The translations under genes were made by a program, and so were the position numbers. From a virus (taxonomy: Duplodnaviria; Caudoviricetes): a DNA stretch of 64,000 bases. Below are positions 1 through 10,475 of the stretch, one piece after another. The first letter of the stretch is position 1, and the number at the start of each line of letters is the position of its first letter. Under the pieces are notes generated by a model, which was given only the letters and a program-made list of their open reading frames with translations, did no database searches and was not told the origin of the DNA. The stretch covers positions 1,885 through 65,884 of the IMG/VR virus record IMGVR_UViG_3300030109_002859, one strand, 5' to 3'.

Positions 1-325
1 TATAGAAAAAATAAAAAAACACAATGTTGATGATGTGATACAATTAGGAAAAAATAAAAAAGATTTTAAAAATAATAACTTAGAGTTAGCAGAATTAATG
101 GAAAATTTTATGATAAAAACAAACTTTGTAAGAATATCAGGACCTTATCGTGAAGTTGAGTTTGGTGGTTCTAATTTTGGACACGCTTCCAAGTTGTTAG
201 AAAATAGACACTTTGTCTATGAATATTGTAAAAGTATGACAAAGAAACAAAAAGATTTTGTTGACAAAGTTATAGATGTTTATAATTTATCAGATGATGA
301 AATACAGGAAGTTAAGCATGATTAA
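1..325 (+). CDS. Hypothetical protein, 5'-truncated by the window edge
   Basis: Frame of ORF 35..325 is open back to base 2; stop overlaps the next start. Confidence 0.7.
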   Translation, partial: IEKIKKHNVDDVIQLGKNKKDFKNNNLELAELMENFMIKTNFVRISGPYREVEFGGSNFGHASKLLENRHFVYEYCKSMTKKQKDFVDKVIDVYNLSDDEIQEVKHD

Positions 326-1685
326 CTTTTACTACGATAGAGTTGTGGACGGAATACATATACCAAACGGAATACCAGAAAAATTTGTAAAGTATTATAC
401 ACCAAATTTTAATGATACTAAATTTAGGGTAGAGATTAATATGGAGCCAGCAGTTTATCCAAGTGATATGAGACATACTGAATACTCATCACTAAAAAGT
501 GTTGATACTATAAAAGATGATACAGAAACATTTAGTGGATACTATCTGATTGAGGGATTTGGTTCTGCTCAAAATGCTACGGCAGTCAATCCAGAAACCA
601 ATGATAAATATGAATCAGTTTTTGAATATATAGGGGAAAAAAGTTTAAAGTTTTTACAAAATGGAGTGTTGAATTTATGTATTTGCTATTTACAAGAGTC
701 GTTTATTACTGACAATATTATACATGCGATACATTATAATATCAAGAGATTAAATATACGAAATTCTATTGTAATTGTCAATGATTTTTTAGTAGAAAAA
801 CGATATAATGATTGGTGTAAAGAAATCGCTGAAACCCCACAGTTTAAAACAATAGTATTTTGTCACTCGTTGTATGAAAAGTCAAATGAAATTAATGGAC
901 TTCTCAATAGTAATCAGATTTATACTATGGCAAACGATTATAAAGAATATGTGGGTTCTGCAATTTCATTAAAAGAGTTTAAAGGTTCCAAATCAACTTT
1001 AAGAAAAAATACAATATTATCAATGAACAGACGACAACGAGAACATAGATTAGCGACACTGTGTGTTTTAAATAGTTGTGGATTATTAAAGGGAAATGGT
1101 GTTAGTTATCAATTAACTTTTGACGGCCCAACCACACCTTATTATGTTGATAAATTATTAAATGAAAATAAACAAAAAAAGTATTACAAGGATTATAGAG
1201 AATTAAAAGAAATGAAATATCAATGGGTAGATTATCCAATAGCTATGGAGGCAAAAGATGGAGTCACTCACGGATATGGTTGGGAAAACAAACAACCATA
1301 CTTAGATTCATATCTAAACATTACAACAGAAACAGATTTCCTAAATCCAACAGGATACGCTTCTGAGAAAGTATGGAAACCATTTGGTTTTTTTCAGCCG
1401 GTATTATTAGTTGGTAGTCCAAATACATTAGAGTTTGTTAAATCATTTGGATTCAAAACCTTTGACGGATTTATTGATGAAAGTTATGACAAGGAAACAG
1501 ATAATGCAAAAAGATTTGAATTGATAGAGAAGGAAATAATCAAATTCAGTAAAATGTCCAAACAAGAAGTTCACGATTGGTATTGGAGTATGGAAGATAT
1601 ATTAGTTCATAACTTTAATTTGTTTATGAAGTATGGAAAAAATAGAGAACAAAATTATAAAAACTTATTTGAGGAGTTAAAATGA
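318..1685 (+). CDS. Putative glycosyltransferase-like protein (paralog 1)
   Basis: Motifs LSMNRRQREHR, NITTET, SEKVWKP, FGFKTF..IDESYD shared with 3854.. and 9252..; start moved to ATG 318. Confidence 0.55.
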   Translation: MINFYYDRVVDGIHIPNGIPEKFVKYYTPNFNDTKFRVEINMEPAVYPSDMRHTEYSSLKSVDTIKDDTETFSGYYLIEGFGSAQNATAVNPETNDKYESVFEYIGEKSLKFLQNGVLNLCICYLQESFITDNIIHAIHYNIKRLNIRNSIVIVNDFLVEKRYNDWCKEIAETPQFKTIVFCHSLYEKSNEINGLLNSNQIYTMANDYKEYVGSAISLKEFKGSKSTLRKNTILSMNRRQREHRLATLCVLNSCGLLKGNGVSYQLTFDGPTTPYYVDKLLNENKQKKYYKDYRELKEMKYQWVDYPIAMEAKDGVTHGYGWENKQPYLDSYLNITTETDFLNPTGYASEKVWKPFGFFQPVLLVGSPNTLEFVKSFGFKTFDGFIDESYDKETDNAKRFELIEKEIIKFSKMSKQEVHDWYWSMEDILVHNFNLFMKYGKNREQNYKNLFEELK

Positions 1686-2644
1686 AAATATTAATAACAG
1701 GCGGAGCAGGATACTTAGGTTCAGTCATAACAAGAAATCTACTAAAGAAACACGAAGTAATCGTATATGATAATTTGATGTATAACCAAACATCATTAGT
1801 TGACTTATGTCATCACGAGAACTTTACATATCATTATGGTGATGTTCGTGAGTGGGATAGACTAAAATACATTGTAGAACAATGTGATGTGATTATTCCA
1901 TTAGCAGCATTAGTAGGGTTTCCGAGTTGTGAACAAGATAAAGAATTGGCAACAAGTATCAATACTACACAAATCCAAAATATAGTTAATACATTGACAC
2001 CAGACCAAAAGATTTTATATCCAAACACTAATAGTGGTTATGGAAGTAGAGTGGATGGTATGGTAGATGAAACAAATGAATTGACACCAATCAGTCACTA
2101 TGGAGTTACGAAGTGTGAAGCAGAAGATTACATACTACGAGAAAGTAATGGGATAGTTTTCAGATTAGCAACGGTGTTTGGAACATCAAGTCGTATGAGA
2201 TTAGACTTACTAGCGAATGAATTTGTATATAAATTACTAACAGATAAATACATTACATTATTTGAGCACGAGTTTGTTCGTAATTTTATTCATATACAAG
2301 ATGTAAGTAGTGCATTTGAATTTATGATTGAAAATTATGATAAATATCAAGGTGAGATATTCAATGTAGGATTATCGGATACTAATATCAATAAAAAAGA
2401 ATTAGTAGAAAGAATACAAAAACAAATACCAAATACATCAATTACTTATTCAGATTATTTTGAAGACCCTGATAAAAGAAATTATGTCGTTAGTAATGAA
2501 AAGATAGAAGCAACAGGTTGGAAACCAAAATATAGTATTGATGATGGAATTGCAGAATTGATACAAGCATACAAAATGATAGTTCCACAAGAAAGTTCAA
2601 GATATAGAAATGCATTCCCACTAAGTTATGGACATTCAGTATGA
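1682..2644 (+). CDS. NAD-dependent NDP-sugar epimerase/dehydratase (extended SDR)
   Basis: ITGGAGYLGS Rossmann motif, YGVTK (YxxxK). Confidence 0.92.
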   Translation: MKILITGGAGYLGSVITRNLLKKHEVIVYDNLMYNQTSLVDLCHHENFTYHYGDVREWDRLKYIVEQCDVIIPLAALVGFPSCEQDKELATSINTTQIQNIVNTLTPDQKILYPNTNSGYGSRVDGMVDETNELTPISHYGVTKCEAEDYILRESNGIVFRLATVFGTSSRMRLDLLANEFVYKLLTDKYITLFEHEFVRNFIHIQDVSSAFEFMIENYDKYQGEIFNVGLSDTNINKKELVERIQKQIPNTSITYSDYFEDPDKRNYVVSNEKIEATGWKPKYSIDDGIAELIQAYKMIVPQESSRYRNAFPLSYGHSV

Positions 2645-3144
2645 GCTTTAATTATAAGATAGAAGAATCAAAATTAGAGGGTGTAGAGATTTATACGCCT
2701 GAACCACATACGGACTATCGTGGAACAATGTGGACACATTGGGAACACTCAATGAATACACCAGAAAATAAAATATCAAAGTTTACACGTTCTCGTAAAA
2801 ATGTTTTACGAGGATTACACGGAGACAATGAAACTTGGAAACACATTACTTGTGTGTATGGTGCATTTTATTTAGTTGTGGTGGATTATGATAAAGATAG
2901 TCCAACTTATCTACAATGGGATAGTTTTACACTTGACGACAAAAATATGAAAAGCGTTTTAGTTCCACCAGGTTTTCTAAATGGACATTTATGCTTATCA
3001 AAAAAGTGTGTATTTCATTATACACAATCCTATCCAAACGACTATGTAGATTGGCAAGACCAAATATCAGTCAAGTGGAACGACCCAATGTTAAAAATAA
3101 ATTGGCCAATAAATAACCCAATATTATCGGAGAGAGATAAATGA
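2641..3144 (+). CDS. rmlC: dTDP-4-dehydrorhamnose 3,5-epimerase family cupin
   Basis: DYRG, SRKNVLRGLH, VPPGFLNGH, WNDP motifs. Confidence 0.9.
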   Translation: MSFNYKIEESKLEGVEIYTPEPHTDYRGTMWTHWEHSMNTPENKISKFTRSRKNVLRGLHGDNETWKHITCVYGAFYLVVVDYDKDSPTYLQWDSFTLDDKNMKSVLVPPGFLNGHLCLSKKCVFHYTQSYPNDYVDWQDQISVKWNDPMLKINWPINNPILSERDK

Positions 3145-3854
3145 GTAAATTACTAAAAGATTACAATTACACTAAATTTGAATACAATGAAATACAAGAG
3201 CATATTGATGCCGCTTTGACTGATTGTTCGTGGGCAAAAGATGACTACAACAAGATACAGATGAAAAGTTGGGAAGATGTTCCAGGTTGGATAAATGACG
3301 CCCAATGGATTTTTAAAGAAGTGGTTGAAAATTGCAAAGACGGAGATAAGGTTGTTGAGTTAGGAACTTACTTCGGACAATCAGCTTGTTATATGGGTGA
3401 GTTAATTAAAAATAGTGGTAAAGATATAAAATTTGATACATTTGATACATTTGAACAACTTGAACCTTCTATGAGAGCAGGTATGCAACCAAAAGCAATT
3501 GTTGATTACAGATTTCACAAAGGTAGACACACGGCACCTATGTCAATGATAGTCCAATCACACTTTGAAGCGTGTGGTGTTGATGACTATGTTAATTTAA
3601 TTATTTGTGATGCTTTTTACTCACACCATTTTTACGAAGATAATAGTTTGATGATGTTTTATAATGACGGAATAAATGAACAAAATGCATTATATGAACT
3701 GATGAACAATTTCTGGCCAAAAATAAAAAAAGGTGGAATGATGGCAGGAGATGATATTAATTTTGATGATGTGAAATCAGCGGTAAATAAATTTTGTAAA
3801 GAAAATGGTTTAAAGTATGAAGAAACACCATTGAGTTGGGCAATAAGAAAATAA
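3141..3854 (+). CDS. Class I SAM-dependent methyltransferase (Methyltransf_24-like)
   Basis: VVELGTYFGQS motif I; WPKIKKGGMMAGDD. Confidence 0.85.
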   Translation: MSKLLKDYNYTKFEYNEIQEHIDAALTDCSWAKDDYNKIQMKSWEDVPGWINDAQWIFKEVVENCKDGDKVVELGTYFGQSACYMGELIKNSGKDIKFDTFDTFEQLEPSMRAGMQPKAIVDYRFHKGRHTAPMSMIVQSHFEACGVDDYVNLIICDAFYSHHFYEDNSLMMFYNDGINEQNALYELMNNFWPKIKKGGMMAGDDINFDDVKSAVNKFCKENGLKYEETPLSWAIRK

Positions 3855-5356
3855 TGAAATATATACATATACTAAAAGACTTAATAGATAACTTCTACAT
3901 AACAACTTATCCAAAGGATTTTACATTAGAATCTAATACTTTCGGATATGATAAAGTTATTGAGGGAGATGCGCAAATTGTTTGCGGTAGAGGTCGTGTT
4001 TTAAAGGACGAGTGGCTAAATCCTGACTTTTATAAGTTTGGTCCTAATCACATACAAACAGATAAGACTTTTCACAGAAAAGATGTCGTAGACTTCCTAA
4101 AAAGTTATAAAAGACTGAATACAGGAAGCTTCCAAAATGCGATGAAAAGCAATAAAAAAGTAATAATGGAAATGGAAATGCACGGAGTGTCTGAACACCC
4201 AAACTCTTACTCAATATTTAGAATTAACTTTTTTGACAAACTTTTTAGAAACAAAGAGGTATTAAGAAAAATGCAAGAGGGTAAATTCTTTATATTTTTG
4301 TATTTTGGTTGGGAAGCAGATGACTTTAGAAAAGATGAAAAACCTGCGGATAAATATAGAAATTGGTATGAAATGTTTAGAAGTGTTCTGATAGATTACA
4401 AATTACCAACAAACTCGGTTATAATTGCACAAAGTAATTTACTTGGATACGAAAATGAAAAAAAATATGATTTTAAAGGTGTGAAACCAAATGTTATTTT
4501 TGATAACATAACAGAATTTCAACCATTTAAATCAGTAGCCCGAAATGATAAATTAAACATTGATTATCCGATTGAAGAACATTTTAAAAATTTAAGAAAA
4601 TCAAAACATACTCTATTAAGAATTCATAGAACTTGGCATCCATATAGAGATAATATGCTATATTATTTGTATAAAAAAAATTATATCAATGATTCGTTAG
4701 TCCAACATAGAGTATTTGAAAAAGAGGGAATACCAGAAGCACATAACTTTTTTGATTATAGAGGAAGAGTAGAGGACTTATCTAAAAAGTCAAAGGATGT
4801 TGTTTTAACACATTATGATATGATAGAAAGAATAACAAAAGATATACCAATTAAATCATCTGAATATGAAAAGAGTTTAGTCATAGGTTCAAATGACCAT
4901 ATAGTATATAACAAAGGAGAACACCATATATCAAATGAACCGATAGATAATTCAGTTTATGAAGATAGTTTGTTTTCTTGGGTAAACCCTTCTTTGCCAG
5001 ACAAAAAAAATTATATCTTTATAAATCAATCAACATTTAGTCCAGTCTTACATTATCACCCGATATTGTGGTTTGGCCACACACACTTAATAAAGTATTT
5101 CAAAAAATATGGTTATAAATCCTTTGATTGGTTGTTTGATGAAAGTTATGACGAACTAACATCAGATTTAGATAAGTTTAAGGCAAATGCTAAACAAATA
5201 GACAAAGTTATGAATATGGATAAAGATTATCTAATTGATTTAATGTGGGACAATAGAGATACTTTACAACACAATAGAGATTTATTTATTGAGTGTAAAA
5301 GTATAGAAAGAATAATAACAAAATTTTACGGAATAATAAATGAAACAACAATTTAA
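3854..5356 (+). CDS. Putative glycosyltransferase-like protein (paralog 2, divergent)
   Basis: LLRIHRTWHPYR, YHPILWFG, YGYKSFDWLFDESYD, LQHNR; ATG overlaps upstream TAA. Confidence 0.5.
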   Translation: MKYIHILKDLIDNFYITTYPKDFTLESNTFGYDKVIEGDAQIVCGRGRVLKDEWLNPDFYKFGPNHIQTDKTFHRKDVVDFLKSYKRLNTGSFQNAMKSNKKVIMEMEMHGVSEHPNSYSIFRINFFDKLFRNKEVLRKMQEGKFFIFLYFGWEADDFRKDEKPADKYRNWYEMFRSVLIDYKLPTNSVIIAQSNLLGYENEKKYDFKGVKPNVIFDNITEFQPFKSVARNDKLNIDYPIEEHFKNLRKSKHTLLRIHRTWHPYRDNMLYYLYKKNYINDSLVQHRVFEKEGIPEAHNFFDYRGRVEDLSKKSKDVVLTHYDMIERITKDIPIKSSEYEKSLVIGSNDHIVYNKGEHHISNEPIDNSVYEDSLFSWVNPSLPDKKNYIFINQSTFSPVLHYHPILWFGHTHLIKYFKKYGYKSFDWLFDESYDELTSDLDKFKANAKQIDKVMNMDKDYLIDLMWDNRDTLQHNRDLFIECKSIERIITKFYGIINETTI

Positions 5357-6065
5357 TATAGTAGTCCCAATGGCAGGACGAGGTTCACGATTCACGGAAC
5401 AAGGATACACGGACTCAAAACCATTTATAGATGTAAATGGAAAACCAATGATACAACGAGTAATTGAAAATCTTAATATAGAATTTGATAGTAATTATGA
5501 ATTTATATTGATTTGTTTACAAGAGGACTTTGATAAGTATGATTTCAGAATATTTGATGACATTATTGGACATACAGAATATAAAGTTATTTGTTTAGAA
5601 GATGTAACAGAGGGAGCAGCACAAACATTATTGGAAGCAAAAGATATCATAGACAACGATACACCAATGCTAAGTTTCAATACAGACCAAATGATAGATT
5701 ACAATCCAGAGGAAATGTGGGAAATAGCAGAACATTTTGACGGATACATACCTTGTTTTTGGGGTGATAGTGAAGATTGGAGTTATGCCAGAACACTTGA
5801 CAACGGATATGTCCAAGAAGTAGCAGAAAAGAAAGTTATATCAAACAACGCAACAGCAGGATATTACTATTGGAAACGAGGTAGTGACTTTGTAAAGTAT
5901 GCAGAAAAAATGATAGAACAAAACAGTAGAACAAACAATGAGTTTTATGTAGCACCAGTTTATAATTGGGCGATTAGTGACGGAAAAAAAGTTGGAATTT
6001 GTATGGTAGATAAGATTTATGAATTAGGAACACCAGAATATTTAGAGGAATATCTTAGTGGATAA
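5340..6065 (+). CDS. Sugar-phosphate nucleotidyltransferase (NTP_transferase, GT-A fold)
   Basis: VVPMAGRGSRF, SKPFIDVNGKPMI, EKK, LGTPE. Confidence 0.88.
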   Translation: MKQQFNIVVPMAGRGSRFTEQGYTDSKPFIDVNGKPMIQRVIENLNIEFDSNYEFILICLQEDFDKYDFRIFDDIIGHTEYKVICLEDVTEGAAQTLLEAKDIIDNDTPMLSFNTDQMIDYNPEEMWEIAEHFDGYIPCFWGDSEDWSYARTLDNGYVQEVAEKKVISNNATAGYYYWKRGSDFVKYAEKMIEQNSRTNNEFYVAPVYNWAISDGKKVGICMVDKIYELGTPEYLEEYLSG

Positions 6066-7014
6066 GATTACATATGCATATTTAGAAACAACAAACTATT
6101 GTAATTTAGATTGTAGTTTTTGTAATCGTAGTGATGTGATTGGTCCACTTAAACATATGTCATTGGAGAATTGGGGTAAGTTATTAGATGGAATAAAACA
6201 CCACCCAATCAAAGAAGCAAAACTTATGGGTATGGGCGAACCAATGTTGCACCCACAATTTGATGAAGTGTGTAGAATGTTCAAAGAAACTTTTCCAGAT
6301 TGTTTTTTAATCGTAGCAACGAATTGTCAATATAAGATAAAGGATAAATTTCGTGAGTGTATGAAATATGTTGATATGTTGTATTTGTCTATTGATGGAT
6401 ATAAAGAACATTACGAAAGAGATAGAGCACCAGCAAAGTGGAGTAAGTTGATGAGATTTCTTGAAGAATTTAAATCAGTAGATAGACTTGATTGTAATGT
6501 AGTTGTAAATTATGTTGTAAATGCTTACAATGTTCACGACATACCTAAGATAGATAAATTAAGAAAAGAACATAACTTAGGTGAATTAAGATTAAACATA
6601 GCGACTATTTGGAGTGGAGATGAATTAATGGCAGATGATATAGCTACATCAGGTTATAAAGAAAAAGATTTACAATACTTGAAAGAGAATTGGAGTGAAC
6701 AAATAATGGGTAAATCTAAATGGGATTTTCCTGATTGTTATTGGGTTCAGAATGGATTATACACTACGGTAGAAGGACACGTTAAAATGTGTTGTATGAA
6801 TACAGGTGCCAGACCATTTGGTAACTTATTTGCAAACACAATAGATGAAATTAGAGAAATGGAAGATTATCAAAATGTAAAAAAAGGTTGCGAAACAAAC
6901 AATCCAACATCACATTGTAAAAATTGTTCTTATAAAGAAATTACACCAATGTTGACTTACTTACAAGTAGAACCTGACTCGGATATCAAAAAGGGAACAA
7001 GAGTAAGACTATGA
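6058..7014 (+). CDS. Radical SAM protein with SPASM/twitch domain
   Basis: CNLDCSFC (CxxxCxxC), GMGEPMLHP, C-terminal C..CC..CKNC. Confidence 0.92.
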   Translation: MDKITYAYLETTNYCNLDCSFCNRSDVIGPLKHMSLENWGKLLDGIKHHPIKEAKLMGMGEPMLHPQFDEVCRMFKETFPDCFLIVATNCQYKIKDKFRECMKYVDMLYLSIDGYKEHYERDRAPAKWSKLMRFLEEFKSVDRLDCNVVVNYVVNAYNVHDIPKIDKLRKEHNLGELRLNIATIWSGDELMADDIATSGYKEKDLQYLKENWSEQIMGKSKWDFPDCYWVQNGLYTTVEGHVKMCCMNTGARPFGNLFANTIDEIREMEDYQNVKKGCETNNPTSHCKNCSYKEITPMLTYLQVEPDSDIKKGTRVRL

Positions 7015-8039
7015 AACCACACCTACATAGAGTAAATAGAATCTTTGATTATACTGATAAATCTGAATATGATTTTATTTTAAATCAATCAGAGCGTTCA
7101 CAACCAATTCCAGAACCTTATTATACAGAATTTATAAGAAGTTTAAAACAAGAGGATTTTGCATATTATCCAAATACAAAAAACTTCAAAGAAAAAATAT
7201 GTGAATTTTATAATGTCAACACAGAAAATTTATTTTTAAGTGATGGCTCGGATGTCGGTATCAAGTCTATATTTGAAACCTTCACAACTTGTGGCAATAT
7301 CGTTACATCTGAGCCTTCATTTCCTATGTATGGAGTTTACGCATCTTTATACAATTGTCCTTATAGAGGAATAAACTATGATGTAGATACATTAGAGTTT
7401 TCAATAGAGAATATGTTAAGTTTTGTAGATGATGATACTGATTTGATTGTATTGGCAAATCCGAATAGTCCAATTGGTGATTACAAAACATTTGAAGAAA
7501 TAAAACCACTATTGGATACAGGTAAAATGGTATTGATTGATGAGGCATATATAGAGTTTAGTGGTAAGGAAAGTATGATACAATATATTGACGAGTATCC
7601 AAACCTAATAGTAACCAGAACTTTTTCAAAGGGGTTTGGTGCAGCAGGTTGTAGAGTTGGTATGACATTTGCACATAAAGATACAATAGAACCTATATCA
7701 AAATTTAGACAAATGTATGAAATCACAGGCGTATCTTTGAAGTATTGCGAATTTTTATTGAATAATCATCACTTGGTTGATACTTATATTAAAGAAGTTG
7801 TGGAAGAAAAAAAGAAAGTGGTTTCAATGTTAAAACATTATGAGGTTGTAGATTCAAATTGTAATTGGATACATTTCAATAACCAAGACGATAACAAAAA
7901 AACAAAAGAAATTTTTGATAAACACAAAGTGTTAGTCAAGTATTGTAAATTACATCAGTATGGATTCAGAAAAAATTGGTGTCGAATGACAATTCAACCA
8001 GGACTTTCAGAACAAGAATTTTTTAAGGAGATATTATGA
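7011..8039 (+). CDS. PLP-dependent aminotransferase class I/II (HisC/CobD-like)
   Basis: ANPNSP, IDEAY, RTFSKGFGAAGCRVG with the PLP lysine. Confidence 0.9.
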   Translation: MKPHLHRVNRIFDYTDKSEYDFILNQSERSQPIPEPYYTEFIRSLKQEDFAYYPNTKNFKEKICEFYNVNTENLFLSDGSDVGIKSIFETFTTCGNIVTSEPSFPMYGVYASLYNCPYRGINYDVDTLEFSIENMLSFVDDDTDLIVLANPNSPIGDYKTFEEIKPLLDTGKMVLIDEAYIEFSGKESMIQYIDEYPNLIVTRTFSKGFGAAGCRVGMTFAHKDTIEPISKFRQMYEITGVSLKYCEFLLNNHHLVDTYIKEVVEEKKKVVSMLKHYEVVDSNCNWIHFNNQDDNKKTKEIFDKHKVLVKYCKLHQYGFRKNWCRMTIQPGLSEQEFFKEIL

Positions 8040-8449
8040 AAAGAAAATGGTTGCCAACATTAGGCGAATTAATTGATAGATTAAGTATTCATCAATTAAA
8101 AGAGGTATTTATACCTGAAAATAAAAAGAATTATGCAAGTGAAATGCAAGATATGGTTCACGATATCGATATGATTTTAAAAGAACATAAAGGTGAGATT
8201 ACAGGTGATGTCATTAGAGCAATCGTAGTATTGTCACAAATGAATGCACACATTTGGTATAATGAATCACAAGTTCGTAAAGGTGAAAAGGGTAGTGATA
8301 ATCTGATGTTGACACACGGACTTAATGGAATCAGAAATACAGCTATCAATAAAATTATGGAAGTGGTCGGTGGTAGAAAAGATTACAAAGTAGATTGTAT
8401 CGCAGCAGAGTTTAAAGATTGGGAAGTAAGTTGGGAAGATGAAGTTTAG
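8036..8449 (+). CDS. Hypothetical protein (LGELIDRLSI motif, DUF4254-like)
   Basis: AGGAG upstream, translationally coupled; motif recalled from sugar-cluster hypotheticals. Confidence 0.6.
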   Translation: MKRKWLPTLGELIDRLSIHQLKEVFIPENKKNYASEMQDMVHDIDMILKEHKGEITGDVIRAIVVLSQMNAHIWYNESQVRKGEKGSDNLMLTHGLNGIRNTAINKIMEVVGGRKDYKVDCIAAEFKDWEVSWEDEV

Positions 8450-8657
8450 AGAAACAAAAAAACGCTCAACATCAAAGTCAGTCAGTTGGAGAGTTATTGC
8501 TTTTCTAAATTCTTGGTTTATATTGGCAGTAAGTTTAACTGAAATACCACTTTGGAATGCAATAATAATGAATTTAACAGGTATATTGTTTTTCTATATA
8601 CACGAAAGAGTTTGGGATAATGTAGATTATGGGAGATATATTGAAAAATCTAAATAA
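8439..8657 (+). CDS. DUF2061-like small membrane protein
   Basis: ETKKRS..KSVSWR and FYIHERVW, two hydrophobic segments. Confidence 0.8.
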   Translation: MKFRETKKRSTSKSVSWRVIAFLNSWFILAVSLTEIPLWNAIIMNLTGILFFYIHERVWDNVDYGRYIEKSK

Positions 8658-9267
8658 CTATAAAAAAGTTAGAGATATAAATTTTACAAAACAAGACTTA
8701 ATTGACTTTGAAGAAAAGATTGTATCTTTGTGGGAAGACGGACAAATACGAGCGCCAGTTCATTTGTCAAATGGTAATGAAGATGAATTGATAGAAATAT
8801 TTTCAGTCATTGATAAAGATGATTATGTGTTCTCTACTTGGAGAAGTCATTACCACGCTCTACTTCACGGATTAACACCCGAGTGGATAGAGAATAAAAT
8901 ATTAGAGGGTAAGTCAATATCATTGTGTAATCTTGACCACAACTTTTATTCATCAGCAATCGTTACAGGTGTATTACCTATCGCACTTGGAACTGCTATC
9001 GGATTAAAGAAACAAAAGTCAAAGCAGAAAGTATGGTGTTTCGTTGGTGATATGACTTTTGAAACAGGTATATTTTATGAAGTCCATAAATATGCCAGAA
9101 ACTTTAATTTACCATTGTATTTTGTAGTAGAAAATAATGGAGTTTCAACACAAACACCAACAAAAGCAACTTGGAATAAATCAAAGGATGTTCCTGATGA
9201 TGTAGTTTATTATGAATACAGGTCAAAATATCCACATTACGGAACAGGTAAATGGGTAATATTTTAA
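8629..9267 (+). CDS. TPP-dependent dehydrogenase E1 alpha-like subunit (short)
   Basis: HLSNGNE, STWRSHYH, TPP motif GDMTFETG...VVENN. Confidence 0.88.
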   Translation: MGDILKNLNNYKKVRDINFTKQDLIDFEEKIVSLWEDGQIRAPVHLSNGNEDELIEIFSVIDKDDYVFSTWRSHYHALLHGLTPEWIENKILEGKSISLCNLDHNFYSSAIVTGVLPIALGTAIGLKKQKSKQKVWCFVGDMTFETGIFYEVHKYARNFNLPLYFVVENNGVSTQTPTKATWNKSKDVPDDVVYYEYRSKYPHYGTGKWVIF

Positions 9268-10475
9268 ACATTATAAATAGTGATAAAGATTTTTACGACA
9301 CTCACAACGGACATTATATGAGATGTGTAAAAGGTGCATTTTATAGTAGTGAGTTAAAAGAAAACTTTAAAGTGAACGAAGTTGATATTGACAATATAGA
9401 TGAAAACACAAACTACATTTACTTAGTAGAGTGTGTAACACAAGACGCCATATATAGTGGTTTTTTCAAACTACCACAGAAAGTATCAGATTTAGTTAAT
9501 CAGAATAGGTGCAAAGTTATCTTTAGTTATGAAGCAGAGGGAGATTTAGATATAGAGTTTTTTAATGAGTGGTATAGTTTAACTTGTAAACTAAGAGAAG
9601 ATGAAATTAAATTTTCTAATTTTTACATTTTACATTGTGAATTAACTTGTGAAAAAAATAATAAGACACCAATTAATTTTTTTAATTCTACACACCATTT
9701 TGATTCGTTGTCTTTTGAACTAAATAAAATAATAGAAAATGACAATCACAGAAAATTAGATAAGTTTGATTATGATTTCTATCGTAGAGAAAGTAAAGAT
9801 ATTGATATTGATAATAAGTCAAAGCATTTTTTGTGTTATTTGAGAAATTGTGGTAGACCACACAGAAATGCGATAGCTTCATATTTTCAACACAATAATT
9901 TATGGGATAAAAATAATTTAAGTTTCTTAAAAAATTCTTTTCGTGGTGATATACCGAAAGATATTTTACCAAAACAATATTGGAATAGTAGTGTAGAGTT
10001 AAATGGTTTACCAAAGATAGAATTGGATACAAAAAATTTACAAGACACACAAGGATTTGATACTTCATTTTCATCTAATTGGAAACATTATCAAGAAACA
10101 TTTTTAAGTATAGTTTCTGAAACAATATATGATGGAAGATTGAATTTTTTTAGTGAAAAGATATGTAAACCATTAATAAATTTGCATCCATTTATTATAA
10201 TGTCCACACCATATAGTTTGAAGTTTTTGAAAAAATTTGGGTTTAAAACATTTCACCCGTTTATTAATGAACAATACGATACAGAAGAAGATGATTTAAA
10301 AAGAATGCAAATGATATTTGATGAATTAGATAAATTTAGAAATAAATCAGATAAAGAATTGAAAGATTGGTGGGAAGAAATATTACCCGTATTAGAACAC
10401 AATCAAAAAGTATTTATAAATATGGGAAAACAAAAAACAAAAAAGATAAAACTATTGGAGAGATTATATGACTAA
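9252..10475 (+). CDS. Putative glycosyltransferase-like protein (paralog 3)
   Basis: FLCYLRNCGRPHR, SIVSET, FSEKICKP, HPFII, FGFKTF. Confidence 0.55.
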   Translation: MGNILNIINSDKDFYDTHNGHYMRCVKGAFYSSELKENFKVNEVDIDNIDENTNYIYLVECVTQDAIYSGFFKLPQKVSDLVNQNRCKVIFSYEAEGDLDIEFFNEWYSLTCKLREDEIKFSNFYILHCELTCEKNNKTPINFFNSTHHFDSLSFELNKIIENDNHRKLDKFDYDFYRRESKDIDIDNKSKHFLCYLRNCGRPHRNAIASYFQHNNLWDKNNLSFLKNSFRGDIPKDILPKQYWNSSVELNGLPKIELDTKNLQDTQGFDTSFSSNWKHYQETFLSIVSETIYDGRLNFFSEKICKPLINLHPFIIMSTPYSLKFLKKFGFKTFHPFINEQYDTEEDDLKRMQMIFDELDKFRNKSDKELKDWWEEILPVLEHNQKVFINMGKQKTKKIKLLERLYD

